DNA of 64,000 nt from Bigelowiella natans CCMP2755 (lineage: Eukaryota; Protista; Cercozoa), in contig ADNK01001472.1 in the NCBI GenBank assembly GCA_000320545.1, positions 1 to 64,000 of the forward strand, written 5' to 3'. A program made the translations under genes and the position numbers. The notes under the pieces were generated by a model, which did not search any database, was not told the origin of the DNA, and saw only the letters and a list, made by a program, of their open reading frames with translations. Numbering within the stretch: position 1 is the first letter of the stretch; every line of letters starts with the position of its first letter. Positions 40,815 to 54,958 of the stretch are shown here, piece after piece.

Positions 40815-41034
40815 TCGTCTTTCGAGGGTGCGATTCCGATCCGATATATAAAACAGAGCTCACGAAATCGTACGTTCATGCAATTATTTGTTTTTATTAT
40901 GGTGTTTCCCCCTAATATTGGCCATTATGTTGTCGCAGCATAAAAACCACATACATCTTTGCAGAAACTCAACAATCCTACGAATCACTGCCACTCTCCA
41001 CTCTCTCTCCCCGCATCCAGCGTGGTGCTTGCTA

Positions 41035-42181
41035 ATGGATAAACTCTCAGGGAAGCCTTTGGAATGCGCAATCAAGGAAGCTCTCAAAGACCCGGATAGA
41101 TTCAATTATGGAGATCTATTAACATATGATAACATCGTTCAGGTGTGCAACCATTATTTCATCACCATTTCTGTTCGTAAAAACTACTTTGAATAGCTTT
41201 CAAAGGATCCTGGGACTGTGGGCTGGTTCAATCTTGTGAAAATATTTGCGCATGGAACACTAGCCGACTATAAAGGTATGGTGACAAAAATGGACTGTTC
41301 ATGAAGGTTTCTGACTTTCACTTTTACAGCCAAAATAAACGAATTACCAGAGCTTTCCGAATCCCATTTAGCGAAATTGAAGTACTTAACGATACTGTCT
41401 CTGGCCTCTCAGTCGAAGGTGAAGTGTCTGGATTTGTTGATATTTCCCGTCTCAGTGCTACTCTAACTCCGTGCAGACTCTTCTATACGACAAACTTAAG
41501 GAGCAGCTTGACGCCAAAACAGTAGAAGAAGTCGAGGATTTGCTGACAGATTGTATCCGAAAGAATCTTTTGAGGGGAAAGCACAACCCAAAAGCGAATG
41601 TGAGTTTGAAATGTGGTGATGTTTATTGTGTGAACACAACTTCATATATACTGTCATTTATTGCAGGAATTTATGGTCGAGTTTTCGGAAGGCAGAGATA
41701 TATCGAAAGAAGATCTCGACGATATGGCGGCGCAATTGACCTCATGGTCGGATAATTTGATGATATTCCCAGCAAGCATATAATATGTTTTGTCTTAACA
41801 ATGTTTATCTGTCTACCCGCAGGCTTAGTGTATCCAAAGAGGCATTAGTAATGTTAGAAAAGAAAATTAAGGAGACCAAACAATTCCATCAACTACAGGT
41901 AGTAGTAGTAGTAAGAGTAGTAGTAGTAGTTGTAATAGGTGAAATATGATTTTGTAGCAGCGTTGAGTCATCATCACATATTGACATTGTTCTTTGGCAG
42001 ACAAAAAGAAGTAATGATCTTGCACAAACAAAGGAAAAGGTGTGCAGAATAGTGTATGAGATTAATATACATTCTCAGCGATCCAATAAAATCAACTTAG
42101 GTAAAGAAAATGCTAGAAGCGAAACAGGGCAATCAACAAGGAAGGCTGCGCAAAAAGTTAGAGACGAACTATGGGATTTAA
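41035..42181 (+). CDS. CSN7: COP9 signalosome subunit 7 (PCI domain)
   Basis: AIKEALKDPDRFNYGDLL, LVKIFAHGTLADY, KLKYLTILSLA, LLYDKL...VEEVEDLL...LLRGK, GRDI. eIF3m is less likely. Confidence 0.82.
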
Positions 42182-42800
42182 CCCGTTGCCATGTACAGCG
42201 AGCACTTTGCTAAAAGCGATGATGTCACGGTCTAGCGGCGGGTCTTTCTTTGATGGAACTAGCATGTGCAAGTTGTTGTGGTCAAGTTTACCAGAAAACG
42301 CACATTTTCTATGACTAGTATCAAATTTAATGAGACCTGTGGAAGGGAAGAAGTAGCAAGATGAATGTATCTGTAAAATTTTCGCGACATATATCCTCTA
42401 GACACATCTAATGCTGTGAAGCACATACTGTGTCTTTTGTCTGGCCATGTACAGCTACAGCTACTTGCGGAATATCTGATGTAGCGAGCTTTCGGTGTTC
42501 ATAGCATTTACACTCTCATTGAGACCATGACTAGCTAGCTATAGCTCTAGAGCTTGGCTTGGGCGCTAATCTCTAGCTAGATCTAGTAATAGCTAGGTAG
42601 TAGCAATGGGCTAGATGGCCTGCGAGAGGCATAACATGCACCAGTGCATGAGATGCATGTGCGCAAGAATAGCACCTTTCATTTCCTCAAAGTTAACTGT
42701 TAAACGCGCCATATCGATATGCGTGCGCATATCATTCATTGTGCTAGCTAGCTAGTGCGTATATGATGACCATGCTACAACTCAACTTCTAGACTTAATA
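42182..42800. other. CTAG-dense convergent intergenic block
   Basis: 16 CTAG counted in about 620 bp, including (CTAG)2-3 runs. Confidence 0.85.
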
Positions 42801-43327
42801 AATATCTTATGATACTTATTGTTTGTACATGTTATACGTAAAATTATTATCCACAGCCTTTGCATTGTTGCGGAATACATAATTCGGTCGCATGTAAGCA
42901 TGCACATGTTGACATAGGACATCACAATGGAAACAAGCATGTACAATGTAAGCGCTGTAACCGGAGTTTTGCATAGCTACATGAGGATGGCAATTGATAT
43001 TAACATATTCATTACATCTGTCTCATATGTGTATGTCGATAACAGCTACATAATTAGGATGACAATTGAAAATATTTAATCACTTCATTACATCCGTCTC
43101 ATACAGTAATGACATGTCTCGGTGCGATGTTTTGCACTGCGTCAATGCTGCTGTGCTTGTGTCAACGGTGGAATCAGCTTTTGTCGTAGGTTGTGAATAC
43201 TCGAAGTTAGGAATTGCAGTAGGTTAAATAGAACCAGTGAAATGTTTCAAGTATATCCGAACATACTCCTCCTGGAGGCAAGGTGTCATACTCGAGAGTA
43301 GATGCCAGTAGATGCTAGATTTGGTAC

Positions 43328-44810
43328 TTAAACATATTTTGTAAGTACTTCATGGATTCGTTGGGAAGCTGACAGGAGGTCAACTGCTCTCACCCTGGTT
43401 TTCTCGTCTTCTAAACCGAGGACACTTACACAGGGACTCCCAGCAGGGATGTGATCATCCTCATTATCGATGGTGGGATTGCAAGTCAGATCATCTACGA
43501 ACGAAGCAACCACACCTTCTTTGTTTGTGGTACGACTGCTACGGCTGCTGCTCCGTTTTTCCCGGTTTGGCGAAGTACCTGGCGGTAGGGGCATGCGCGT
43601 CATTATAATATTCTTGCCAAATCTGCCGCTGTTTTTGTTTTGTGCAAGAAATGCGTTTCTTGGAGGGGTTCCTGGTGGATCCACACTGTTGCTGTCATCT
43701 TCGTGGAGAGGGTCTTCTTCTTTACGGTCAATTATCTCCACTAATCCAAGAGTTTGTAGCTTACGAACAGCCTAAGGACACGATGATGATGATGAGCAGC
43801 ATCAAGTTAATAATCACAAGCATGCTGAGCGAAAGAAGCTGATAAATCGATTAATTGATGTACCTACCGTGTGCACATCAATCTCGATACAGCAGCTACG
43901 ATTCCTGGTTTTGCGATGATGACGGTAGGGGCCATTACTGTGGCGGCACATGTGATCATCACCGTCGTCTAAAAATCTCTGATATCCAATCCAAACACAG
44001 TACCTCAAACAGACGATAGTGAATGAAGTACAACATCAGCAGTAGAAACAACCTCTCCCCTTTGCCATAGAGTGTTGTTGTTGTCTAACTGTATCATCAT
44101 CATCATCATCATCATCATATGGGGATGCATAATGAAGAAAATATATCATGGTTGAGTCCACGGGAAGCAGCATTACCGCTCTCTACCTTGCACATTCTCG
44201 CAACAGCGCTGTATTGGAACGATCTATTACAAGAAGTTGGGTCAAGCGCCCTTCCACCTTGTCTCCACAACATGGAGTATACCAACGCCAATTGCATCAC
44301 CTTGAGGAGGGGGAGGAGGAGGAGTGGATAGTAGAGGTAGTAGGTTGGAGAATGTTAGATTTACTGCAGCAGTAACTAGAGGCTTCAAATAAACAATGGC
44401 AGCTAGCAGACGACGTACACAAGACTTAACGCAAGTGCAAAGTAATGGTGACCTGCTGCTCTTTAGCTGCTCGTGATATGTGTGAGAGCTCTGCAACTTG
44501 ATTAGATCTGGTAGACTTTGTGTGACCTGTCAAGAATGCCTCCGCCCTTCGCCTTGATAGATTAGTCCTGTTTATTGTTGATAGTAGCAACACCGGGTGG
44601 AAGGAATGCCTTCATTCTTCGCTTTCATAACAGTTTCCATATGGGTAACAGACAGCATCATCATCAAGAAAAATAATAACCACGTGGATTTCACCATCGA
44701 TCACTGATTGTCGATTCAAGTGCGAGGTGTATTCATTTTCATTATCTTCTTCTTCTTCTTCTTCCTCTTCTCTATTTTTGTTCTCCTTACTATCACTGCT
44801 ACTACTACTG

Positions 44811-44843
<33 letters not shown>

Positions 44844-45099
44844 TAGATAGTGCATGAAGACTCTGCGGAAGATGTAAAACAGAAGAGAGGTGACCATTGG
44901 CCTCTGAACTAGGACCTGTACAGCAATGAGCAACAGCAATGAGCAACAGCAATGAGCAACAGCAATGAGCAACAGCAATGAGCAACAGCAATGAGCAACA
45001 GCAATGAGCAATCAGAAGTCGTTGCTATGTAGTTATTTTGTTAGACATCATCACATCATCATCTCATCAACTGTAGTCATTTTGTTAGACATCATCACG

Positions 45100-45132
<33 letters not shown>

Positions 45133-45726
45133 ACCACCCCAAAAGTGAAGGAGAGGACGAAGATTCCGTTCAGAGCTAAGATTATGTAGTCTGCCCATGA
45201 ATGTGAGACCTAACAATTCATAAGAAACGATATTGAGGACATATCACCTCTCATGCTTACACCATCGCCCCCATCATTGTCCATTCATTACAATCTTTCG
45301 TGGGCATGAGTAACCATGATGCTGTGATGTGAATCATCAATACGCAAACACGATGATACACTCCTACGCGCGTGCACTGGTAGAAATTATAAGCTATACT
45401 TTAAGGGGCAGTACTGCCTCCAAGTCTGCAAGGGCAAGACTGTTGTGACGAATAATATCAATCTCCTGATAAACATAACAAAATAGTAGTAGTAGTAGTA
45501 GTAGTAGTAGTTGTAGCAGTAGTGGTAGAATAAGGGTGTAGGACGTATAAAGGTATTATTTCTAATATTAGTAGAAGCAGTGGTAGAGTTATTGTTTATT
45601 CACGGTGGTGCTCTCAAGTGAGTTACTTGCGTACGTACTTACTTTTGTACTCTTAGGCCGAGAGATCGTCACTACTTCATCAAAACAGACTTCCTAATTG
45701 TTAGACAGTAGAGCATCATACGAGAT

Positions 45727-45778
<52 letters not shown>

Positions 45779-46109
45779 GTATATGAAATATATTAGTAGG
45801 ATAGAGGGAGAGAGTGGGGAGAGGGGCGGGATGAAAAGCAGCATGAGCAGTATAGTAAGTAGGCGCTTTTTAGGTCGCTTCTTCGTTATTATGACATCGG
45901 CAGAGCTTCTCCTTCTTCTTCTTCTTCTTCTTCTTCTACTACTACTACTACCTCGAGATGTGATTCCCTGAAAAGAGACATGAGCCCATGCTCTTTCACA
46001 TCATCTTTATTATCAAACATATACATTCTTAGAGAAATAACCAACCTCCATTCACTAACAATGAGCGCACACGTAAACTCCTTTTCCTATGTACCATGTA
46101 ATATGCGTG

Positions 46110-46150
<41 letters not shown>

Positions 46151-46563
46151 ATACAGTTACCTTGTATAGTACGACGATTATATAGACCTGGAACATCACC
46201 CGGTACAGAGACCGCAGTAGGTTTTGGAAAGGAGGGAGACGGAGATGAAGAAGAAACCCGCTCCTCCTCCTCCCTTTTATTATCACTATTACTACCAGCT
46301 AAGGACACTGATGAAAGCTTATTTGTGAACCCCTCTCTTCCCTGGAAATAGAACGAATGTTAGAAGCATACCACCATGGATAACAAATGAATGAATGAAT
46401 GAAAGAATCATCGTCATCTTCATAATCATCGCTACTTTGTAAAGAAAGGAGAGGCCAGAAAGACTCCCAGTCAGCTTCCTGAATAAGAGATCAGCCTTTT
46501 CTCGTAAATAGAAGCCGCTCTCTCGATGGATATGAACCCCTGTGCGGATGATGCCAATGATGG

Positions 46564-46594
<31 letters not shown>

Positions 46595-47231
46595 AATGAT
46601 GAAAATAAATACTCAAAAGATGTGATGATTATTTATAATGATTGAAGCCTCGCCGTGGAGAGAAAGAGGGGATCCGAATAATAGAACAGGGGAAGGAGAG
46701 AAGACGAACCTCTCCAAAATATAAAGCAATATCGTGCGAATTCAGGGACTTGTTGCTCTTTATCATCATCATTATGATCAGTATCTGTTCTTCCTTGTTC
46801 TTTGCCATCATCTTCGCTATCATCACCAACAACACACCGATGATTTTCAAGTCGTCCTCTATCCTCTTCAGCCCTTTCCCCGCCTCTGCTTCTCTGATTC
46901 TCTTCTTCTTCTTCTTCCTCCTCCTCCTCGTCCACATCTGGCTTGGTTTGATATGGGAACGCTTCGTGGTCTAAAGTCGCTGTGGTTCCCTCCCTTTTTA
47001 TAATACGACGATTGAGCTGCTGCTGCAGCAGGAGGTATCTTGACAGAAAGTCCCCATCCAACTGAGACCATTCTACCTCTGGGTAAGTAAGTAAATAAGT
47101 ACATATATACATACATAAGTACATACATATGTATTTATATAATAGCTCACCATTTGGCAAATAACCACTAATATCTATTGAACAATTGATTGAGTGACGG
47201 AACAAGGAGAATATCATCGTATTGGGAGTAG

Positions 47232-47262
<31 letters not shown>

Positions 47263-47625
47263 CACTATAATGTCATGCTAGAAATACTACTATTATCCGT
47301 ATTTTCGTGGAACTACCAGCCTTCAGAGTGAATTTGAAGCTGGTAATGAAAGCAGCACATAGATTAGATCAAACGGCATTAGTAGTTGTTTCTCATAGCA
47401 CAATCCAAGAGCACACATCCCCATCAAAATTATAGCGTGAGATAGAATGGAAAGCAAACCATAATGGTGTGTAATCATCATCGTTTCTCTCTGTATTCTT
47501 GTATATGTGCATGTGTGAATGATGACGACGCACAAGACAACCATCTATGAACCTTTGTTCCCTCGCAAATCTCATAAACCCCGAAGAAAGAGGCCTACCG
47601 GAGAGTTCAACTTAAAAACCGTGAC

Positions 47626-47658
<33 letters not shown>

Positions 47659-48418
47659 TAGGGTAAGTGTACACAATCGTATTCTGCCATAAAATTAATG
47701 AATTATTTCCACTAAATGCAACGTCGTAATAACGGCTATGTTAACTTATGATACATGCACGTACACGAAGTTCGCATCATCAAGAATATTGACGAGATGC
47801 TGGACAAACTCATCTTCCACTTCCTCTTGCACAATCTTCCTTCTCATCAACGATAGCGACGAAGACGTGGATGATGGCAATTCTTCGCATATTCCTCCTG
47901 TACAAGAATATAGTGAGATCGTCAGTGGTCAATCAGCAACTGCCAATGGAAACAATACAACAAGTTCATTCGTCCTTGTCCCTCTAAACTACGGTTGGTG
48001 CTGCAGCAGATAGCAGCACATATGACAACATTGGAAATATACTACTCCTACTACCCGAAGAAGGGGGGGCAAAGTTTTTATCGTAAATTGAGCAGATTCT
48101 CTTTGTGCGCTCCTGAAAATCACGACACGGAGGTTATTGACGATGTTGTTCACATTGTTGTTTTATTTGATACAGCTATCATCCTTAGGAGGTTATTGAC
48201 GATGATGTTCACATTGTCGTTTTATTTGATACAGCTATCCTTAGGCAGCTCATAATATAATGTTATCGCTGTGATTGTGATGAGCGTTTATAGCAATAGT
48301 TGCAGAAGTAAATACCTCTTGGACGATGAGATAGTAGAGATTCAGTCTTTTCACCATGTCACTTAAGAGAACCTAATTAGCCACCAGATTTGTGTATATT
48401 ATAAGCACACACACACAG

Positions 48419-48474
<56 letters not shown>

Positions 48475-48891
48475 ATAGCTACCTATCTAACCACCCTCAG
48501 TACCACTACCACTAACACTACCATGGCTTAACATTCTTAGATAATCTGATGAGGCGGTCCTCCCTTATAACGACGACCTTCTCTAGCTTTGACTGACCAA
48601 GTCTTACAATACGTTTAAGGAACATAGGCTGCGTGCTGTGAATGTATCTACTGGATCCTATGAAGATATGCGAGCTAAGAAAAATGAAGAGGAGGAGAAG
48701 GAATAGCAGGAGGAGGAGGAGAACAAAAATTAAATAAGCATGAGTACGGTATGTTTTGGAACGACTAACCATATTAACCAAGATCTGCTGCTGCTGCTGC
48801 TGCTACTACTACTACTACTAATATTACTTACTACTACTACTACTACTACTACTACTTACTACTACTACTACTACTACTACTACTTACTACT

Positions 48892-48923
<32 letters not shown>

Positions 48924-48958
48924 ACTACTACTTACTACTACTACTTACTACTACTACT

Positions 48959-48990
<32 letters not shown>

Positions 48991-49222
48991 ACTACTACTT
49001 ACTACTACTACTTACTACTACTTACTACTACTACTACTTACTACTACTACTCCTGTTGACGGTGCTACTGCTATTGTCGCGTATGCAGTGAGAATACCCC
49101 GTAGCAAAGTTTCTTCTGCCAGGTCTTGCTTTATTACCGAAATAATCGGCTTCAATTACATTACCCCCTTCTACTTCCTCTCCCTCTTTTCCAGCTGATC
49201 TTCCATCACTGACCGACAGATT

Positions 49223-49266
<44 letters not shown>

Positions 49267-49746
49267 GCTACAACCATGATGATCTGCAGCGAAATTCGAG
49301 TTTGAATGTAGTTATGAAATCATCGACTACTCCCGATTCACTTACCCTTCTCTATCCGTAAGAATGCCGCTGTAGAATCCGTCATCATTGTAGTTATTGG
49401 CCTCCTCATCGTCAAAATAGGAAGCATTTACTGAGTTCTCATCATCATCCCAGTTGCTATTATAGCTTTCACTTTCGTGGCGGCTGACGATGGTTGGAGA
49501 AACGTCTTTTGTATCACCAAACTCGCCATCTTCTTCGCCGAAACTACTTTCCATTCTTCTCATCAAATCGATCAGAGATGTAGCTCCTCTAGGAAGGGAA
49601 ATTGTCTTGTATTTGTTCGATATGACAAACTCTCGTGCCAGCTTATGGTCATCTCCATCACGACGTCGTTGTCGTCGTCGTCGACGAATACGACGATCTC
49701 GATCGCCTCGCAGAGTTCGCTTGCGTTCATTATTTACACTAGTCAT
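43328..49746 (-). CDS. DUF3754/TMEM143-like protein (both ends approximate)
   Basis: LDDANF, VEWSQLD, PEFARYCFIFWRG|VH...GFYLREKADLL, FDEVV, LADLEAVLP, a TM segment, and IDVHT|AVRKLQTLGLV. Confidence 0.72.
44921..45011. repeat. Intronic 13-bp minisatellite (CAGCAATGAGCAA)x7
   Basis: Seven perfect copies read directly. Confidence 0.95.
48128..48245. repeat. Intronic tandem duplication of about 59 bp
   Basis: GGAGGTTATTGACGATG..TTCACATTGT.GTTTTATTTGATACAGCTATC occurs twice. Confidence 0.85.
48785..49051. repeat. Compound (CTG)n/(CTA)n/(CTTA) microsatellite
   Basis: Read directly; it produces the spurious poly-T/Y/L ORF. Confidence 0.95.
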
Positions 49747-51409
49747 GTTTTTCGAAACAAAATCTATAATGGAGAAATCCTACGATCGACGAAAGGAAAA
49801 TACTGCAATCGATGATGATGTGCAAACAAGGACGGACGGTGGAAGCAAAGATTCGCAACAGACGATGATTGGACAATGAAAGACGATTGATTGCGCCAAA
49901 ATGTTCGCAGAAGTCGGGAAGACTTACTTCACCTGCGCCAAAACGGCAGAGCTCATGGGCATTGGAAGCAAACGTTTTGTTGTTGTCTGTGCGGCCAACC
50001 ATACTCTTGGTTGAGGGGAGCGTGCTACCCTGTATTAGTGCACATCGTGACGTAGACATGCGAACGGCATCGGATGTCCAAAGATGCTTGGCGTTTACAA
50101 ATTCACCCCAAATTCATGGTGCGACTTCATTTCTAGTGATTTCTGAAGTAAAAATCACCTACAAGCACCGTTCCTAACGTTCTTTGCCCGGATTCTAGTT
50201 TGCAAATGAAAAATTCCATGGAATTTTAAGTACAAGATCACCATGGATCACTTGTTTCCTGGAAGGCAGCAGCAGCAGAACCACAAGAAATTTCTGGAAA
50301 TTTTCGAGAAATGGAAATAGTAATAGTATCATAATAGTTGCAAAAATGTATTCCATTTTCATGCTAAGACATACAGAATATCATAGGTTTATCTGTAGCC
50401 TCCTTCTTTCTTCCTTCCTTCCATCATCATTTATATTATGTACTTGTAGCAGCAGCAAGGACAGAAAGAAGAAGAACACAGGAAGAACCATCCAAAACTC
50501 AAAAGGAGGAGGAGGAGGAGGAGATCTCCTTAGGTGATGCACTCCGTCTCATCTTAGCTCGATCCCCCCAACCCCCCCCCCCCCCTCCTTCGCCATCAAA
50601 ATTTTGATGGCACCGTTTTGATCGCAGATCTACGGCAATGACACCAAGTCACTTTATGGACAAACTCATTGGTCGAAGTGTTCAAATTCTTGGGACCCGT
50701 CGGAGCATTCTGTTTGCAGTACCAAGCGCAATATCGAAGCATTAAACCAGGTTAAATCCAAGATTGTAAAACCGCAGTAGTTCCAGCGTCAGGAGAGTAG
50801 GAACAAAGCGGGGTTGCTCTTTGTCAATGGGCAGTCTCTGGATTGATGTTTCTTTCAGGATCAAGATAGAACTTGGAGACAATGATCGAAATTCTGCTGT
50901 TCGGTGCTCGAGGCAAATACTTGGTACGACCTTTCTTAGTGGGAACATCTTGTAGTTTCTCAGATCAAGGATCGACTCAGTACCAAAATTCTCATTGACT
51001 GATTTCTCAAATTATCGACCACCGGGAGCCAATACTACCCCCTTGCTAGCTTGGTAAAATTTTGTGTCATCTCCACCTTCGCTGCATTCAAGATGTTAGG
51101 CTCGCCGCGCTTGAAGGGTTTTCTCTTGGTCCAATGACAACTGGGATGATGATCATCTCTTGGTCCACCCTGTGACAACTAGGAAGATGTTAGTCAGCAT
51201 GCAGTCTTTGCAAGTAGTATTTTTCGCCATTTCCCGAGCACTCTGTTAGAATTACAACGGTGTGGAGTCTCAATAAGATCGAAGTACATCGGAGGCAAGT
51301 TAATTTGGTACTAACTCTCTTGTGGGAACAAAATTTAGTGGTTTCTCTGATTGAGGGTCGACTCAGTGCGATGTGATGTTCCTCGACCAGTAATTAATTT
51401 CTCTATGGA

Positions 51410-51855
51410 TCAATTTGGAAGTGGTATTGTTTTCGTGCACTCAGTGTTCAGTCAGAATCACAAGGAGTCGTACAAAATCGAAATGTCTAGGATGACAAAA
51501 ACATTTTCGCAAAAACTTGTTGGGAACGATCTACATGGTTGGTCCATCCTGTGGCATACGGAACGATGATTAGCATACAGTATGTGGTACCTCAAAGTGG
51601 CATTTTTCGCATTGCACTGAGTATTCTGTCAGAACTACAAACGGACGGTAAAAAATTTCGCGTCAACCAGGACGACGGTTGGCATGCAGTATATGGTACC
51701 TCCCAAGCGGCATTTTTTGCTTTGCGCTGAGTATTCTGTCAGAACCACGGCCAGTACAAAATTTCGCGTCGACAAGTAAGGTGATGATTGGCTGCAGTTT
51801 GTGGTACCTTCAAGTCGCATTTTCGCGTTGTGCTGAGTTTTCTTCCAGAATCATG
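51410..51855. repeat. Degenerate tandem repeat of about 108-110 bp, 3-4 copies
   Basis: RTGGTACC at about 51584, 51693 and 51801; GTATTCTGTCAGAA at 51621 and 51731; a more diverged copy at about 51410-51490. Confidence 0.85.
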
Positions 51856-52140
51856 ATGGGGATCGAGTTTGAAAGTTGAGGTATGCATGGGAAGGAAATG
51901 TCGTTTTGCTGGTGTGAACTTTTTCTTGTAGTTTAATTTGGACGGCACTTCCCAGCTTCTCAGATCATTGTACGTAGGACAATTCACATGCAGTTGTGGC
52001 GAACTGGCAAGTAGCTTCACTGTTTTTGTGTTTCTCAACTAAACAACGGTGATGGATGTAACCTGAAAACACCGTCTTGAACGGTACATCCGATTTCTTA
52101 GTCTGGTGACCGAATGTAGAGGTTCAATTCCTCTTTGAGA

Positions 52141-52675
52141 ATTTGAGGCTAATGCTGTTGCTAGCTAGCTAGGTTAGCACAAATACATGCACAATGCATG
52201 AATGAATCAGATATCGATCCCGCACATTAATTTTGCGATGGAACCCATCTGCTAGCTTGTCATTTGATCTTCTTCATGTTGCCTAGCTGTGAAGCGTGAC
52301 GTGCGATAGCATCTTGAGCACTAGAGCAGTCCATAGTCTAGCATGGTGTTAGTGCTAGCTAGCTAGCAGCTAGACTAGTTATAGTAGAGTGCACTGCATG
52401 TGCATGCGATGACAACAAAAACAACATTCACATTTACTGGACAGCAAACAATTTGTGATGGATGTAACAAGCTAATGTACTAGTAGACAGATAAGCAAGC
52501 ATGGCACGCCACGCATGCATTTGCTGCTTCGCATCTCTGCAAATCTCAACAAACATCAGACGAACTAATTTCAACATCTAGACAGGAAAACTACACAAAT
52601 TTAGTAGATGTTATTGTTATGGCCCTTCTAGCCTTGCTAGCTTGACTGTCTGCAATCGCACAGTCTAGCAGTGCT
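52141..52675. other. CTAG-dense block directly 3' of CLASP
   Basis: 17 CTAG counted in about 540 bp. Confidence 0.85.
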
Positions 52676-54903
52676 TTAATTCGTGCTCTTATTTTGAACT
52701 CTCCCGCTACGACTTTGCCTCGCCTTTGCAGTTTTCTCAACCTTGATGTATGTAGTGGAAACACACATCACCGCGCATGTCTTGTATTCAGTAAACTACT
52801 CATGGAGAAAACTTACGTAAATCTTAATCAGTCGGCGCTGGCTGTCCTTCAAGCCCGACAGATGCTCCATGTATGAAGGCTTATTTTATAAAAAGCGAAG
52901 ATAAGTTATGATTTTGGCGTGTAGGTAGGTGTATTTTGATGCTGTGATTTATGCAATGTGTAACAAGATTGTTTGAGGGAAAATCACTGCACTATAAATA
53001 CCCCTGCCACAGCATGCATTGCTACGAAACATTGAATCACGGATTGCCGGACCTGATGTTAAAGGAAGGATTGACTAACCAATAAAAATTGAAGCAATTC
53101 CGTTATTATAGTCAGAACTACTTCATAAACCATGGTGTAGCTGTATCCTATTCACTCATGGAGATGCCACACATTTTGTATACACAAATATATACATATA
53201 CATATTTCTCATATGCACATCTGTACGCATAAATAAATAGTTCAACATTCCAATCGTAGTATATATATCATCATGAAATCAGACACTACTCATAATGCAC
53301 GCTCTTCCTTCGCAACAGTTTCATCCATCCACAGCAAAGATGGTCATATGTCATGATTACTACCATAACATTGGCGTGGTTGAGACATTTGACGAGAGGT
53401 GGTGTAATTCTGTCAATATACTCAGCAAGTTGTAGCTTTTCCATTCGAAGCATTAAGGTTGCAAGACACTTGAGACTTATACGAATCATGATTATGCCTG
53501 TGTAGCGAACGAAGAACCACCAAAAGATTCTTAAAATGATAGAATAAATAGAGTGGTTAGCAGAGACAAGTTTGGACCATAGCTGCAGTAGTATTATTGG
53601 GTAATATGGCCTCAATAATATTCAATCAAATGATCAATCCACCTTCTTACAAATACGAACCTCTTTGGGAAGGAGGCCTTGCATTGTTGCCACTACTCAA
53701 TTCTGTGTCGACGCGGGTAACAAAAATTGCGAACATCTACCGATTATAATACCGTACAAAAAAGATAGATATAAGTAAACACAAAAATAAATGTTGATGA
53801 TTATAATGATCTATCATAATGGTGATGGCGACAAGGAACATTGTGGCAAGTGTCATTACATTGTCTGGGATTGCAGTCGTGGAGACTAAATCAAGCGCCT
53901 GAAATATAGTGGAAAAGAGGTGCAAAATAGCAAAATTATTAATGAGTATTCTTAGCAAAAAAGATGCATGTTAAAAATTCTATGCGTGAACATTTTAGTA
54001 AATACTCATATCACCATCATGATCCACACCTCACCATTATTATGACCAACAATAGCATCATAAATACGCCGGCTGCATTAGTAAACTGTTATTTTCACTG
54101 CAACTATTATTATTATCATTGTTATTATTATTAATACTACTATCAGCACATGTACATAACCTGTTCAACAAGTCTGAGCGCAGGTTGCAAGGGATGTTTA
54201 GGGTCTCGCAGTGTTTCTAGGAGAGAGAGAGTAAGAAGTTCTATATGAACATAGTCGGAGAACCGCCGAGGAAACTTCTTGAGAATGGTAACGATAACCT
54301 GTGGTAGTGGTAGTGGTAGTGGTGATGGTGGCAGCAATAATATTAAAAGGTGAGCCAACGAGCATTTCACGAAATCATTAACCCACCGATACATGATGAT
54401 GGTGATGGATGCTACACATGGGATGATCCATCTCATACTACAACTACTACTACAACTACCGCTGATGCTGCTACCACCATCATCACAACCACTAAATACG
54501 ATGACAACCATATATATACTTCTATGAATTTTGCATTTTTTTAAAAAATATGAAAGCAATCACCGTGAGAGCTACAGCGACAACTCCGGAGTCATCGTTC
54601 TCGCAAGATTCCAAAAGACCTAATAATAATAATAATAATAATAATAATAGCAACAGATGAAATTATGGGTAAGATGAAAGTAGCAGCAGCAGCAAGTCTA
54701 CTGTTTCGATAAATTTTAGTTATGTGCGGTGGTGATGATGACGATTTTGTCATTATCTATGGCGACCTAGAAACAAGTTGTCAAACTCATCCCCTTCCCA
54801 TATTGAACCCGATTGTCGCGACAACCATGCTAAAGTTTCAATGGCCTCCAGTCTGCTTCTGGATTAATTGACAGAATAACAAGTCACCATTCTGAAATTT
54901 TAA

Positions 54904-54958
<55 letters not shown>

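Noticed and set aside
51410-51855. Possible CRISPR-like array
   Set aside because: Whole units are similar with no unique spacers, there are no cas genes, and the context is eukaryotic.
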